From an uncultured Gammaproteobacteria bacterium (GTDB lineage Bacteria; Patescibacteriota; Patescibacteriia; Magasanikbacterales; UBA922), in contig CAZFTR010000007.1 of the NCBI GenBank assembly GCA_964522405.1, positions 1 to 54,245 of the forward strand: a DNA stretch of 54,245 nt, in the 5' to 3' direction. The position numbers and the translations under genes were made by a program. The notes under the pieces were generated by a model. The model was not told the DNA's origin, ran no database searches, and saw nothing but the letters and a program-made list of their open reading frames with translations. Positions 18,601 through 26,720 of the stretch are shown here, one piece after another (positions within the stretch are counted from its first letter, which is position 1; each line of letters opens with the position of its first letter).

Positions 18601-19985
18601 AGCAATCAAATATGAATATACAATTTGTAACCTATGCCGGTGATTCAGTAATAGATGGTAGTAGAACTGCTGATTGGTCAACCTTACAAACAAATTTGTC
18701 TTTGTTAGATACTGCTAATATACCATATGCGCTCTCAATTGGAAATCATGATTATGATGATAATCTGATTCCGGATAATTCCGGGACTCGAGCTGCTACA
18801 AATCTTGAAACATATTTTCCTCTTGCCAATTATTCATCTGAAACATGGTGGGGTGGTCAAAAAGGTAGTACAAATGTGAATACTTATCAATATCTAACAA
18901 TTTTTGGAATTGATTATATGTTCGTGCAATTAGAATTTTGTCCGAGTGATGATTCTATTGCTTGGGCCAATACTTTGATTTCAGACAATAGTACCAGAAA
19001 TGTTATATTAGTAACCCATGCATATCTTAATCATGATAATAATTTACTTCTAATGGATGATTATCTTGGTTGTGGAGATTTTTTTGATCCAAGTTTTGAA
19101 AATGGTACAGACAAAAATGATGGTCAACAGATTTGGGATGAGTTAGTGAAGCTTCATGATAATATTGTTTTGGTGCATAGCTCACATGTTTTGGGTGATG
19201 GCCATGCCTATAGAAGTGATTTGGGTAATAACAATAATTTAATTCATCAAGCCTTTCACTATTCATATGCAGCTTATAATGGAGATGCGGAAACTAATGC
19301 CTATGTGGCAATTTATATATTCAAACCTAATGATAATATTGTTCAGGTGAGAAAATATGATCCTCATTTTGATAATTTTAAAACAAGCAATGGGCATGAA
19401 TATAGTTTTGGTTTTTCTTCTACATCTACACCCTCTGACTTTGCAGAAAGTCAAAAAAATCAAACATCTCTTACCTTTTCCTGGGATGCAAATGGAAATT
19501 CGACAAATAATCAGTACTATATTGAAAATACAACCAACGGGGTTAATTCAGGTTGGATAAGTGGAACATCCTACACAATGAATTCTCTGCAATGTGCTGT
19601 ACCATATGTGCTTAGTATAAAATCTCGGAATTCATTCCAGTATGAAACTCCATCAGTTGAATTATCTACACGCACTGATGTTTGTGGCTTCTACAATATT
19701 CCTTTAGACTCTTCAAATACTACTGAACTACCTGATCTTGTTGAGATTGAAGAAAATATCGAAGCAGAAGAAGATTCATCTGAAATCAGTTCAGATGAAT
19801 GTGCTCTCGATGCGGGTAAAGCATACAAACACAATAAATCAAAAGGAGTTTGGTATATCACAAATAATTGTACTAAACGAGTATTTAATAGTGGTGAAAA
19901 GTTTTTCTCCTATTTTAAGTCATGGGCAGATGTAAAAAAAGTGCATAAAATTGACTTAGATAGTATTGAGACTGACAAAAAGTGA
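15630..19985 (+). CDS. Giant secreted multidomain protein (two LamG/ConA-like lectin domains, calcineurin-like metallophosphoesterase, FN3-like, C-terminal repeat module)
   Basis: 1451-aa ORF with an N-terminal signal/anchor. Two LamG-like blocks are present (FDGIDDNI..TIEGWFKF..WYHLALVWDG and FDGSGDYISV..TVTAWVRK..WHHVGMQVS). GNHDYDD and VTHAY motifs indicate a metallophosphoesterase. It ends at a TGA overlapped by the next ORF. Confidence 0.8.
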   Translation: MKFNMRGKRNWNILFYIFCCLLVLFFGLEKVISITTTTWDFGTASDYIYNDSFLSITNSSSTLDLVDQVDDDNTTTGFAGGSHSDTQFDTDHIELDSTGLTNGTGTFTSRIIDSGTTTSWTTLQPINAAPYQKELPDSQAVETDYAEQNADMTNNLLLLHLDESSGNVIDTSGNGYTGTTSGTAYSRDGVYNTAIEFDGIDDNIIVADFDDTSGAETLTIEGWFKFTSVNASDVLVSQWNNGTDARFSWQTHTVSDELAFYVSQNAAGSTNEWWRTTDANLVADTWYHLALVWDGTAGTEVDKVKMYRNGTALTITQAGTAGATAFRSSSGLDLKIGDMENYDPRELPAVIDEIAIHSHAATVTEMLNHYKRGAFRAKYQVRTCDDDACSGESFVGPSGDTNAYYTELLSTTTSTPSYTLSGLSNNRYFQYSVLLQSSSTLYGPDVNSVSIGPAHYYGGSPTTTITTSTALNVGSSVTSFSTTESGEGKIYYQVSNNAASTTPTWYYWDGGAWAQATTNLHYNTSSTINTNISTFSATGTFGWRAFSMSQNATEQAKLSQIQSVHQEPVLASSADPDIFTTSNLIIDSGYYSATGTFKSIVDWKVDGSSVAVLNMPMEQNYDDASSVVDYSDSGNNGTVYNAVASSTAGFDGEGAYDFDGSGDYISVAHDASLALTNNFTVTAWVRKDTTAAYDGFVGKMAWNDGSPNGWSINYDSVKSRYSVTVGCDGTISTIASDIGTTNSVDYGWHHVGMQVSSSTVSFFIDGTLQEQTTTQTICESGDALTIGRYYADSSGHYIDGVVDEVVVWNKVLTASQISTLYDGSHDRIVAGQAAVGEAWSAEIVQNNGVYDASSETSNALTIVARSDTTPVISSHNQARNNNWIASTGSITLNIWDCVDEDGDSLTYSWTVDGVAAASTQSFTFSGADYSASQHTVIGYCTDDDSNSDSVTLTIEIIDSDEFVFMVPNNASTHSANYGYIGEEQTQWIVDQQSNMNIQFVTYAGDSVIDGSRTADWSTLQTNLSLLDTANIPYALSIGNHDYDDNLIPDNSGTRAATNLETYFPLANYSSETWWGGQKGSTNVNTYQYLTIFGIDYMFVQLEFCPSDDSIAWANTLISDNSTRNVILVTHAYLNHDNNLLLMDDYLGCGDFFDPSFENGTDKNDGQQIWDELVKLHDNIVLVHSSHVLGDGHAYRSDLGNNNNLIHQAFHYSYAAYNGDAETNAYVAIYIFKPNDNIVQVRKYDPHFDNFKTSNGHEYSFGFSSTSTPSDFAESQKNQTSLTFSWDANGNSTNNQYYIENTTNGVNSGWISGTSYTMNSLQCAVPYVLSIKSRNSFQYETPSVELSTRTDVCGFYNIPLDSSNTTELPDLVEIEENIEAEEDSSEISSDECALDAGKAYKHNKSKGVWYITNNCTKRVFNSGEKFFSYFKSWADVKKVHKIDLDSIETDKK

Positions 19986-20404
19986 CCTCTATGGCATGGG
20001 GGCCACTCTATGACCCAAAATATGGCGCTCTGGTGAAGATTGATTCTGACCCGAAAGTTTATCTACTTTTAGGTGGTAAGCGATATTGGATAACAAGTGA
20101 GGTAATATTTGAAAGTTTAAATTATCTTTGGGATTGGATAGAGAATATTTCAAATACATTGTTGGATAAATATCAAATGGGCAGTGAGATATCTGAAATA
20201 GCTAAACATCCAAATTATACAATTGTCAAATATATTGGATCACCAAAAGTTTATAGACTTGAGCCTGATGCTCTAGAGCCTGCGAAGCAGATTAAGCGAC
20301 ATATAATAAATGAGAAAGTGTTTGAGGAGCTTGGATTTAGATGGGATAGAATAGTAACAATTGAGGATAGCGAGAATTATCCAGATGGTGAGATATTGCA
20401 GTAG
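19982..20404 (+). CDS. C-terminal repeat-module ORF, probably the -1-frame continuation of 15630..19985
   Basis: 140-aa ORF in the -1 frame, open only from 19976. It contains two more copies of the ~45-aa module that begins at the end of the upstream ORF (PKVYLLLGGKRYWITSEVIFESLNYLWDWI; PKVYRLEP..KRHIINEKVFEELGFRWDRI). It has a GTG start and no SD. Confidence 0.6.
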   Translation: MTSMAWGPLYDPKYGALVKIDSDPKVYLLLGGKRYWITSEVIFESLNYLWDWIENISNTLLDKYQMGSEISEIAKHPNYTIVKYIGSPKVYRLEPDALEPAKQIKRHIINEKVFEELGFRWDRIVTIEDSENYPDGEILQ

Positions 20405-20491
20405 ATATTTTCTTGATATTTAACAAGAATCATTCGTAATCTATACAAAAATAGGATAAATATCCTACTTTTGTATTAATAATTGTATTTA

Positions 20492-21016
20492 TTAGTTTAA
20501 TAGCTTCAGTATTTCATCTGCTATTTCCTCAGGGCTCAATTTCGAAGAGTCAAATATTTTAGCATTATTCGGTGTAAAAAAATCTTTTGAAGAATTATTT
20601 AAAAAAAGTTTTTCATCTGTAATAGAGATTTTACTGCCTGCTTTTTTGGCACTCCTTACGCGCTCGCGAAAACGTTGCAATAGTATTTCTTTGGGTGCCT
20701 TTAGTTTTATATTCAAAAAATTATAAGCATACTGCTCAGCTATCTCAGTAAGATGGTTATATTCCTGCTCATCTTCAATAATTGTCAAAAGCAAAATTGA
20801 AGAGTCGGTTTTGCAGATAATTTCAAAAAATTCTTTTACTATTTTTTTGACCTTCTCCTTGTGTGTGTCCCGGTGATAATTAGAAAAATTCCATTTTACA
20901 TTATCATATGATAAATGGAATATGTCTGGTATTCTGTCTGATAGAATGTCAGCTACACTTGATTTGCCCGTGCAAGATCCCCCTGATAGATGAATAACAA
21001 ATTTTTGGTCTTTCAT
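20492..21016 (-). CDS. P-loop NTPase / small-molecule kinase-like protein
   Basis: Walker A motif SGGSCTGKSS near the N-terminus. The start is set at MKDQKF (21016) because the longer track ORF runs through the tRNA-Gln gene. Confidence 0.7.
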   Translation of the reverse strand: MKDQKFVIHLSGGSCTGKSSVADILSDRIPDIFHLSYDNVKWNFSNYHRDTHKEKVKKIVKEFFEIICKTDSSILLLTIIEDEQEYNHLTEIAEQYAYNFLNIKLKAPKEILLQRFRERVRSAKKAGSKISITDEKLFLNNSSKDFFTPNNAKIFDSSKLSPEEIADEILKLLN

Positions 21017-21018
21017 AG

Positions 21019-21089
21019 CTCGGAGACAGGGATTCGAACCCCGATAGTTGGTACCAGAAACCAAAGTCCTACCATTAGACGATCTCCGA
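21019..21089 (-). tRNA. tRNA-Gln (anticodon CUG)
   Basis: Hand-folded cloverleaf. Acceptor UCGGAGA/UCUCCGA with the Gln-typical U1-A72 pair and G73. Anticodon loop UUCUGGU, T-loop UUCGAAU, 4-nt variable loop. No encoded CCA. Confidence 0.85.
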
Positions 21090-21092
21090 ATG

Positions 21093-22091
21093 TTAGTTTG
21101 TAATAGGGATGCCGGTTTTCAGTAAATCCATGTATTTTGGGCTGATGGTTTTGATCTTGTGCCACTGCCAACCTCGGTTTACAAAAACATTTTCATTTAT
21201 TATATAATGCTTAATTCTACTTTTTACATAGTAGACAGCAGGGGAGCCAGCAGTTTTAACCAGTTCATGGTTGGCAATTTCTGATTCGTTTATTAATGGT
21301 GAAAAACCAAAGTCAACTTCTGTTCCATCCTTGTAACCATCCCCATCTGTATCATCTGTCTTCAGGCTAGTGCCATAGAGCATCTCTTGAGCCTTATTTA
21401 GGCCGTCAGCGTCAGCATCTGTTCCTCCAGACTCAAATACAGTGCCTCTAGTAAAAACAGCTAATTTCTCACCATACTTGGTTTGTCTGTTGGGTAAAAA
21501 ATCATGAATTGCGTTCATCATTGTATCATAATTATAGCGATAGTCAAGACCCTTTCCAACACCAGGTTCATGGGTTATAAAATCTTGAGTTTGATCATCA
21601 TAGCCCTTTACAACTACAACATGATAATACGGACCTCCACCTAGAAAATAGGGATTATTAACAATTCTACCGTAAAAAGGAAGGATTACCGGTCGTTCTG
21701 CATCTATTTCTGATTTTATTTGTTCTAGTGTTGGGTTTTCTACTAAATATGCTTCCCATTCAAAAAAACCATTTATAATCTCAACCATTTCTCTGGCATT
21801 TGTATCTTTGTTAAATCCAAGATATTGATCTTCTAGATCTACTATTTGCAAAATTTCTTTTTTAGCAATTTCTTTGGGGATTCGATCGCTGTGATCACCT
21901 CTATAGAAATGATCAATCATGATTGTGGACGCTTCTTCACAAGCATCTTGCCAAGGCTGACGCCAATCACTATATGGCGCTTGAAGTGTAAAAGGTACAG
22001 GTATTGTTTTGGCAATAACATTGGGTACAAAAACAAAACTTAGTATGGAGACAAGCATGACAAATAATGTTTTGTATTTTTTTATTCTCAT
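21093..22091 (-). CDS. Secreted C39-like cysteine peptidase-domain protein with TSP3-like calcium repeats and C-terminal repeat module
   Basis: 332-aa ORF with a signal peptide. VPFTLQAPYSDWRQPWQDACEEASTIM resembles Peptidase_C39_2. DADADGLN and DDTDGDGYKDGTE repeats are present. The C-terminal PAVYYVKSRIKHYIINENVFVNRGWQWHKIKTI matches the module in 15630-20404. Confidence 0.65.
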   Translation of the reverse strand: MRIKKYKTLFVMLVSILSFVFVPNVIAKTIPVPFTLQAPYSDWRQPWQDACEEASTIMIDHFYRGDHSDRIPKEIAKKEILQIVDLEDQYLGFNKDTNAREMVEIINGFFEWEAYLVENPTLEQIKSEIDAERPVILPFYGRIVNNPYFLGGGPYYHVVVVKGYDDQTQDFITHEPGVGKGLDYRYNYDTMMNAIHDFLPNRQTKYGEKLAVFTRGTVFESGGTDADADGLNKAQEMLYGTSLKTDDTDGDGYKDGTEVDFGFSPLINESEIANHELVKTAGSPAVYYVKSRIKHYIINENVFVNRGWQWHKIKTISPKYMDLLKTGIPITN

Positions 22092-22114
22092 TGATTGTAA
22101 GCTATATTCTGGTT

Positions 22115-23656
22115 CTAGTGTATTATCTCTCCACCAAAAGCTGAAACCAGTTCTGTTAGTTCATTGTTTTGAGTATTTTGAGTAGATTGATCAGAAACTA
22201 TGACATTGATTCTTATTTTTGATTCACAGAGATTTGAAATTATTGATTCCAAATTGTCTTTGCATTTAGCTTCTGATAATTTTTCTTGATGAAATGAATA
22301 TTGTGCAGACATTACCAGAGTGTTTCCATCAACTTCTTTTAATTCTACCATTTTTAGGATAAAAACCAAAGTAGGAAATTCTTTTTCAATTTCAGAAATT
22401 ATGGCTGGCCATTTTTCTTGAATTTTTTCCAATGAAATATCTGATTTTTTGAGTATTTTTTTTACTGTGCTAGTTATGCTTTTTTTAGGTACAACTTCTT
22501 CTTGGATTTTCTCATGGACCTCTTCTTTTATTTCTTTTTTTTCTACAGTTTCCGGTTCTGTTTGCTCTTCTCCGAGTCCGCACCATTCTATAACCAGCAT
22601 CTCAAGTGGAAATTGTTCAATGGGATTTGATTTTACTTCTTTTTTTCTTTTGATAAATAGATCTGTTAGCTTAACCAGATCACTTGGGCTTAATTTATTT
22701 GAGATTTTAGCAAGTTCTTCTGTATTTTTTTGATCTAAATCCAATTCACTTTCAATTAATGATTTATCAATTTGAAAAATCATCATTGATCGCATAATTT
22801 CAATAATTTCATTCATATATTCTTCAATTCTCACTCCATTTTCTATCAGACTACCAATTTTACTAAGTGCTTGCTGAGCGTTTTTCTCGGCTAGAAAATT
22901 AAGAAAATCTAATTGATCTTCTATATTTGTAGTTGGAAGTATAAATTCAACAGATTTTGCTGTTATTTTCTTTTCTCCTGAGCTGATTATTTGGTCTAGG
23001 AGGCTGATAGCATCACGAACACAACCTTCGCTTTTTCGGGCTATTCTTTTGATAATTTCATTTTCAACTTCTACTGATTCTGATTTTGCAATTTTTTCAA
23101 GATGCGTTTGAATTTCTTGGTTTGATACTTTTTTAAAATTAAACCTTTGACACCTTGAAACTATTGTAACTGGGAGTTTGTGGATTTCTGTGGTGGCAAG
23201 TATAAATAGTACATGCTCAGGGGGCTCTTCCAAGGTTTTGAGAAGCGCATTAAATGCTGCTGTTGAAAGCATGTGTACTTCGTCAATGATAAAAACCTTG
23301 TATTTGAGTTTAGTTGGTTTAAATTGAGCATTTTCTATAATATTTTGGCGAACATTATCTACCCCGGTGTGGCTTGCTGCATCTATTTCTATAACATCTA
23401 TTGATCTACCTTGGCTTATCTCAATAGAACACTCTGAACTGTTGTCTGGTTCAGCAGAATTTTTCTCTCGAGGGCAGTTGACTGCCTTGGCCAAAAGGCG
23501 AGCTAAAGTTGTTTTCCCCACACCTCTTGGTCCGGAAAATAAGTATGCATGCGCAACCTTGTCTTGCTTGATTTGGTTTATAAGAGTTTGTAAAATATGA
23601 TTTTGTCCTATTACATCTGCGAATGTTTGAGGTCTATGAATGTGATATAGTGCCAT
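22115..23656 (-). CDS. dnaX: DNA polymerase III subunit gamma/tau
   Basis: 513-aa ORF. YLFSGPRGVGKTTLARLLAKAVNC Walker A with zinc module, IIDEVHMLS Walker B, and the SRCQRF sensor motif. Confidence 0.92.
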   Translation of the reverse strand: MALYHIHRPQTFADVIGQNHILQTLINQIKQDKVAHAYLFSGPRGVGKTTLARLLAKAVNCPREKNSAEPDNSSECSIEISQGRSIDVIEIDAASHTGVDNVRQNIIENAQFKPTKLKYKVFIIDEVHMLSTAAFNALLKTLEEPPEHVLFILATTEIHKLPVTIVSRCQRFNFKKVSNQEIQTHLEKIAKSESVEVENEIIKRIARKSEGCVRDAISLLDQIISSGEKKITAKSVEFILPTTNIEDQLDFLNFLAEKNAQQALSKIGSLIENGVRIEEYMNEIIEIMRSMMIFQIDKSLIESELDLDQKNTEELAKISNKLSPSDLVKLTDLFIKRKKEVKSNPIEQFPLEMLVIEWCGLGEEQTEPETVEKKEIKEEVHEKIQEEVVPKKSITSTVKKILKKSDISLEKIQEKWPAIISEIEKEFPTLVFILKMVELKEVDGNTLVMSAQYSFHQEKLSEAKCKDNLESIISNLCESKIRINVIVSDQSTQNTQNNELTELVSAFGGEIIH

Positions 23657-23853
23657 AATATTGTCCTTTGAGGTCTTAAAATATAAAATTTCACATTTTT
23701 TTGTGAGTTGGTTGCAGATATTATATCCTAATTTTCGATTGCGGTAAATATGCCCTTATTTGATTATTGTGAGTCCAAGGGTTGTATATATTTGCAATAT
23801 ATGCTATAGTGTAGTTATTAAATTAAGTCTTTAATTAGCTAACACAAAATGCT

Positions 23854-24123
23854 ATGCCTAGAAAAGCAAACCCAGCGCTAATGAAACCTCTAAATCTTTC
23901 AGAGGAATTAGAAGCTGTTATAGGTAAGGGACCGCTTCCACGTGGTCAAGTAGTTAAGAAACTTTGGGAATACATCAAGAAGAATGATCTTCAAAACCCA
24001 GAAAACAAGAGAAACATCTTTGCAGATGATAAGCTAATGCCAATTTTCGGGAAAAAAGAAGTTACTATGTTTGAAATGACAAAACTTGTTTCTTCTCATC
24101 TAACAGATCCTGATAAAGCTTAA
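23854..24123 (+). CDS. SWIB/MDM2 domain-containing protein
   Basis: 89-aa ORF. LSEELEAVIGKGPLPRGQVVKKLWEYIKKNDLQNPENKRNIFADDKL matches the SWIB domain pattern. Confidence 0.85.
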   Translation: MPRKANPALMKPLNLSEELEAVIGKGPLPRGQVVKKLWEYIKKNDLQNPENKRNIFADDKLMPIFGKKEVTMFEMTKLVSSHLTDPDKA

Positions 24124-24143
24124 GATTGGATTTACGAAATTTT

Positions 24144-24169
24144 AAAACCCCTCAAATGAGGGGTTTTTT
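24144..24169 (+). terminator. Rho-independent terminator after the SWIB gene
   Basis: AAAACCCCTC-aaat-GAGGGGTTTTTT. Confidence 0.7.
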
Positions 24170-24183
24170 AAGTGTAGATCTTT

Positions 24184-26715
24184 TTAACTGCATTGCTCTA
24201 ATCCAATTTTTACTAGTGATTCACCAAAAGTTGCTGCATAAAGCACATTGTTTACTTCATCAATGTCTAAGTCTTCAATTATGAGTTTATCATCGAGCTT
24301 TCCTAGGTTATTGAAGGTGGCACCACCATCTTTTGAATAATATACACCGCCTTTATTTTCTAAATATAAAGGTAGTCGTACATTGGTGTAAATAGTCCCG
24401 CATGAGTCAACTTCAATATCTAAGAGTGAATAACCATCTAAGGATTTTTTCCAAGTTGCTCCTCCGTCATGTGAATACATAAAACCACTGTTTTCTGCAA
24501 TATAAATTGTTTGGTCGCCTACATAAATCCTCCTAATATATGCAGCTTCAGGTAGTTCAGAAACTTTTTCCCAATTTTGTCCATCTGTTGATCTATCAAT
24601 CATTTTACCATTTGTTTTCCATATAATTGTTGGCTGATTTCCTGTTGTTGATTCTTCCACAAAATAGGCTACAACTGAATCATCAGCTAAAATTTCAGTT
24701 TGAGTAAAATCTTTATTTACTCGAATGAATTTGATATCAAGTGGGATGAAAGTAGAATCAACACCCTCATATGAGCTTGGATCCATGTTTACTTTACCTA
24801 AGAAATACCACCATCCATCTGCATATGTAAAAAGAGGTGGTGCAAATGGTATGCTTTCAAATTTTATTTGATTTAATATCCAGTCAGTTTTTTCATAATC
24901 AATATGCATACCATCGTACAGATAGGATCCATGAGGATCAAAAGCCGGTGTTTCACATCCTAGATCTTCTCCAATACCATACCCTCGTGATTCTCCACTG
25001 TTCAGTCCGTGTACACTACCATCCTTGTCTAACCAATATGATCCATGATGCCAAAGTCCTGCATAGATACGAGGGCAGCTTGTTATTGAGACTCCTCGGG
25101 TATCTCCTAAATATAAATCTGAAACTAAATTTCTGAGTATGCTTTTCTTGTTTCCATAAGCGAATAGTCCCTGATCTCCCGGCATGAGTAGATATTGACC
25201 CTTTGAGCCAACATTAATGACATGCATTTTATCAATTCTCAGATCTCCCGGATTTATCATCATTAATTCAGAGTCTGGATTAAGAACATAACTCATTTTA
25301 CTATATAGCTGGGTATCTTTTGTCCAAGTTACACCAGAATCATATGATTCAAATAAACCGCGCATGTACTGAAATAGATATATATGGTCACTATTTTGTG
25401 GATCAATGGTAAGATCTTGAGACCATAAACTACTAAAATTCTTACTGTCCCATTCGTTGTAATATCCTGGGCTTTTTTCTATATATTTATCTATTTTAAT
25501 TATGTCCCACAATAATCCGCCATTAGTACTTTTAGCTATTGTGTTGTAGACTTCGCCCGCTTTACTGGTTTTTAGTACTAAATATATAATCTTTCCATTA
25601 TTAGAAATATCAAAAGCTCTAATTTTGGCACCGGGAAAATTGTTCTGTACATTGAATATTTTTTTCCAATATTTACCAGAGTCACTTGTCATATGTAGTT
25701 CTATCATGTCTGACATCAATCCATATCCAGTATCATTTATTTTGAAAAGATTAGGTTTTTTGAAGGAATTATCAGCATATGGATTTTCGAAACTCGGTAT
25801 TAAATCGTTATGAACAACAAAGGATTTTAATTCATTATTATTAATAGATATAGAGGCTAAATCAGAATTATCTGTATTCTCAATTATATTATTATAGGCA
25901 AATCTACCTAAAATATTGAGTTCATTACCAACAAAATTTATATGATAAACTTTATCCAGATAGCCAATAGTTTTGGTTTTTGAATCTAACAAATCATTTA
26001 TCTCTAATTTTTTCCAAGTTTTTCCAGAATTATACGATTGATAAATAGAATTATAAATATCTGTATTTGTGGTTTTCAGGTCTGAAACCAACACCTTCTT
26101 TTGGGCATAATCCTTGTATAAAATAACATAATGTTTTGGATTTGTAGGATTTATTCGAACGTATTCAATATTAACAGGAGCTGGTGGATTTAATTTATCC
26201 CACGCGTTACCAAAACTGTAGCTTCGATATAATCCGCTGTCAGCAGAAATTAGGAGGTGGGTTTCTGTTTGTCGATCATAATCAACACTTCTAATAACTC
26301 CCATTCCTTTTATACCGGCATGCTGCCAATCTTTATTCTTAGCAGTAAAGTCAGCATATTGCTTTGTAAGTGGGGGATTCACTCCTTTAACAATGGAAAA
26401 AGGATAGATGCGAAACATTTTTTTACCGCTTCTTAAAGGCTCTCTATTAGATTTTGGTGCCCAATTATTAGTTACAAGATAATTTTTTTCGCCCAATTTT
26501 ACGAACTTACGGTACAGACTGCTACTTCTCTCTGTCATTGGTTTTACTGTTACGCGAGATTTTAATTGTCTTGCGCTTGAAGCCGCTGCTAAGCTGTCGA
26601 GTGTTGAGGCAAATCCAATCCCAACTACAATAGAGCAGGTAACTAAGAAACCTACAACAATACCAACATGAGGTTGTACTTTTGTTTTTGTTAATGTTTC
26701 CATAAGATTTTTCAT
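24184..26715 (-). CDS. BNR/Asp-box repeat beta-propeller protein, N-terminally anchored
   Basis: 843-aa ORF with a TM helix near the N-terminus. At least seven SxDxGxTW-like Asp-boxes are present (SYNSGKTW, SDSGKYW, STNGGLLW, SYDSGVTW, STDGQNW, SHDGGATW, SKDGGATF). Confidence 0.75.
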   Translation of the reverse strand: MKNLMETLTKTKVQPHVGIVVGFLVTCSIVVGIGFASTLDSLAAASSARQLKSRVTVKPMTERSSSLYRKFVKLGEKNYLVTNNWAPKSNREPLRSGKKMFRIYPFSIVKGVNPPLTKQYADFTAKNKDWQHAGIKGMGVIRSVDYDRQTETHLLISADSGLYRSYSFGNAWDKLNPPAPVNIEYVRINPTNPKHYVILYKDYAQKKVLVSDLKTTNTDIYNSIYQSYNSGKTWKKLEINDLLDSKTKTIGYLDKVYHINFVGNELNILGRFAYNNIIENTDNSDLASISINNNELKSFVVHNDLIPSFENPYADNSFKKPNLFKINDTGYGLMSDMIELHMTSDSGKYWKKIFNVQNNFPGAKIRAFDISNNGKIIYLVLKTSKAGEVYNTIAKSTNGGLLWDIIKIDKYIEKSPGYYNEWDSKNFSSLWSQDLTIDPQNSDHIYLFQYMRGLFESYDSGVTWTKDTQLYSKMSYVLNPDSELMMINPGDLRIDKMHVINVGSKGQYLLMPGDQGLFAYGNKKSILRNLVSDLYLGDTRGVSITSCPRIYAGLWHHGSYWLDKDGSVHGLNSGESRGYGIGEDLGCETPAFDPHGSYLYDGMHIDYEKTDWILNQIKFESIPFAPPLFTYADGWWYFLGKVNMDPSSYEGVDSTFIPLDIKFIRVNKDFTQTEILADDSVVAYFVEESTTGNQPTIIWKTNGKMIDRSTDGQNWEKVSELPEAAYIRRIYVGDQTIYIAENSGFMYSHDGGATWKKSLDGYSLLDIEVDSCGTIYTNVRLPLYLENKGGVYYSKDGGATFNNLGKLDDKLIIEDLDIDEVNNVLYAATFGESLVKIGLEQCS

Positions 26716-26720
26716 AAAAT

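Noticed and set aside
21017-21064. The N-terminal 16 codons (MVSGTNYRGSNPCLRA) of track ORF 20492..21064.
   Set aside because: This stretch is the tRNA-Gln gene read as protein. The start was moved to ATG 21016.
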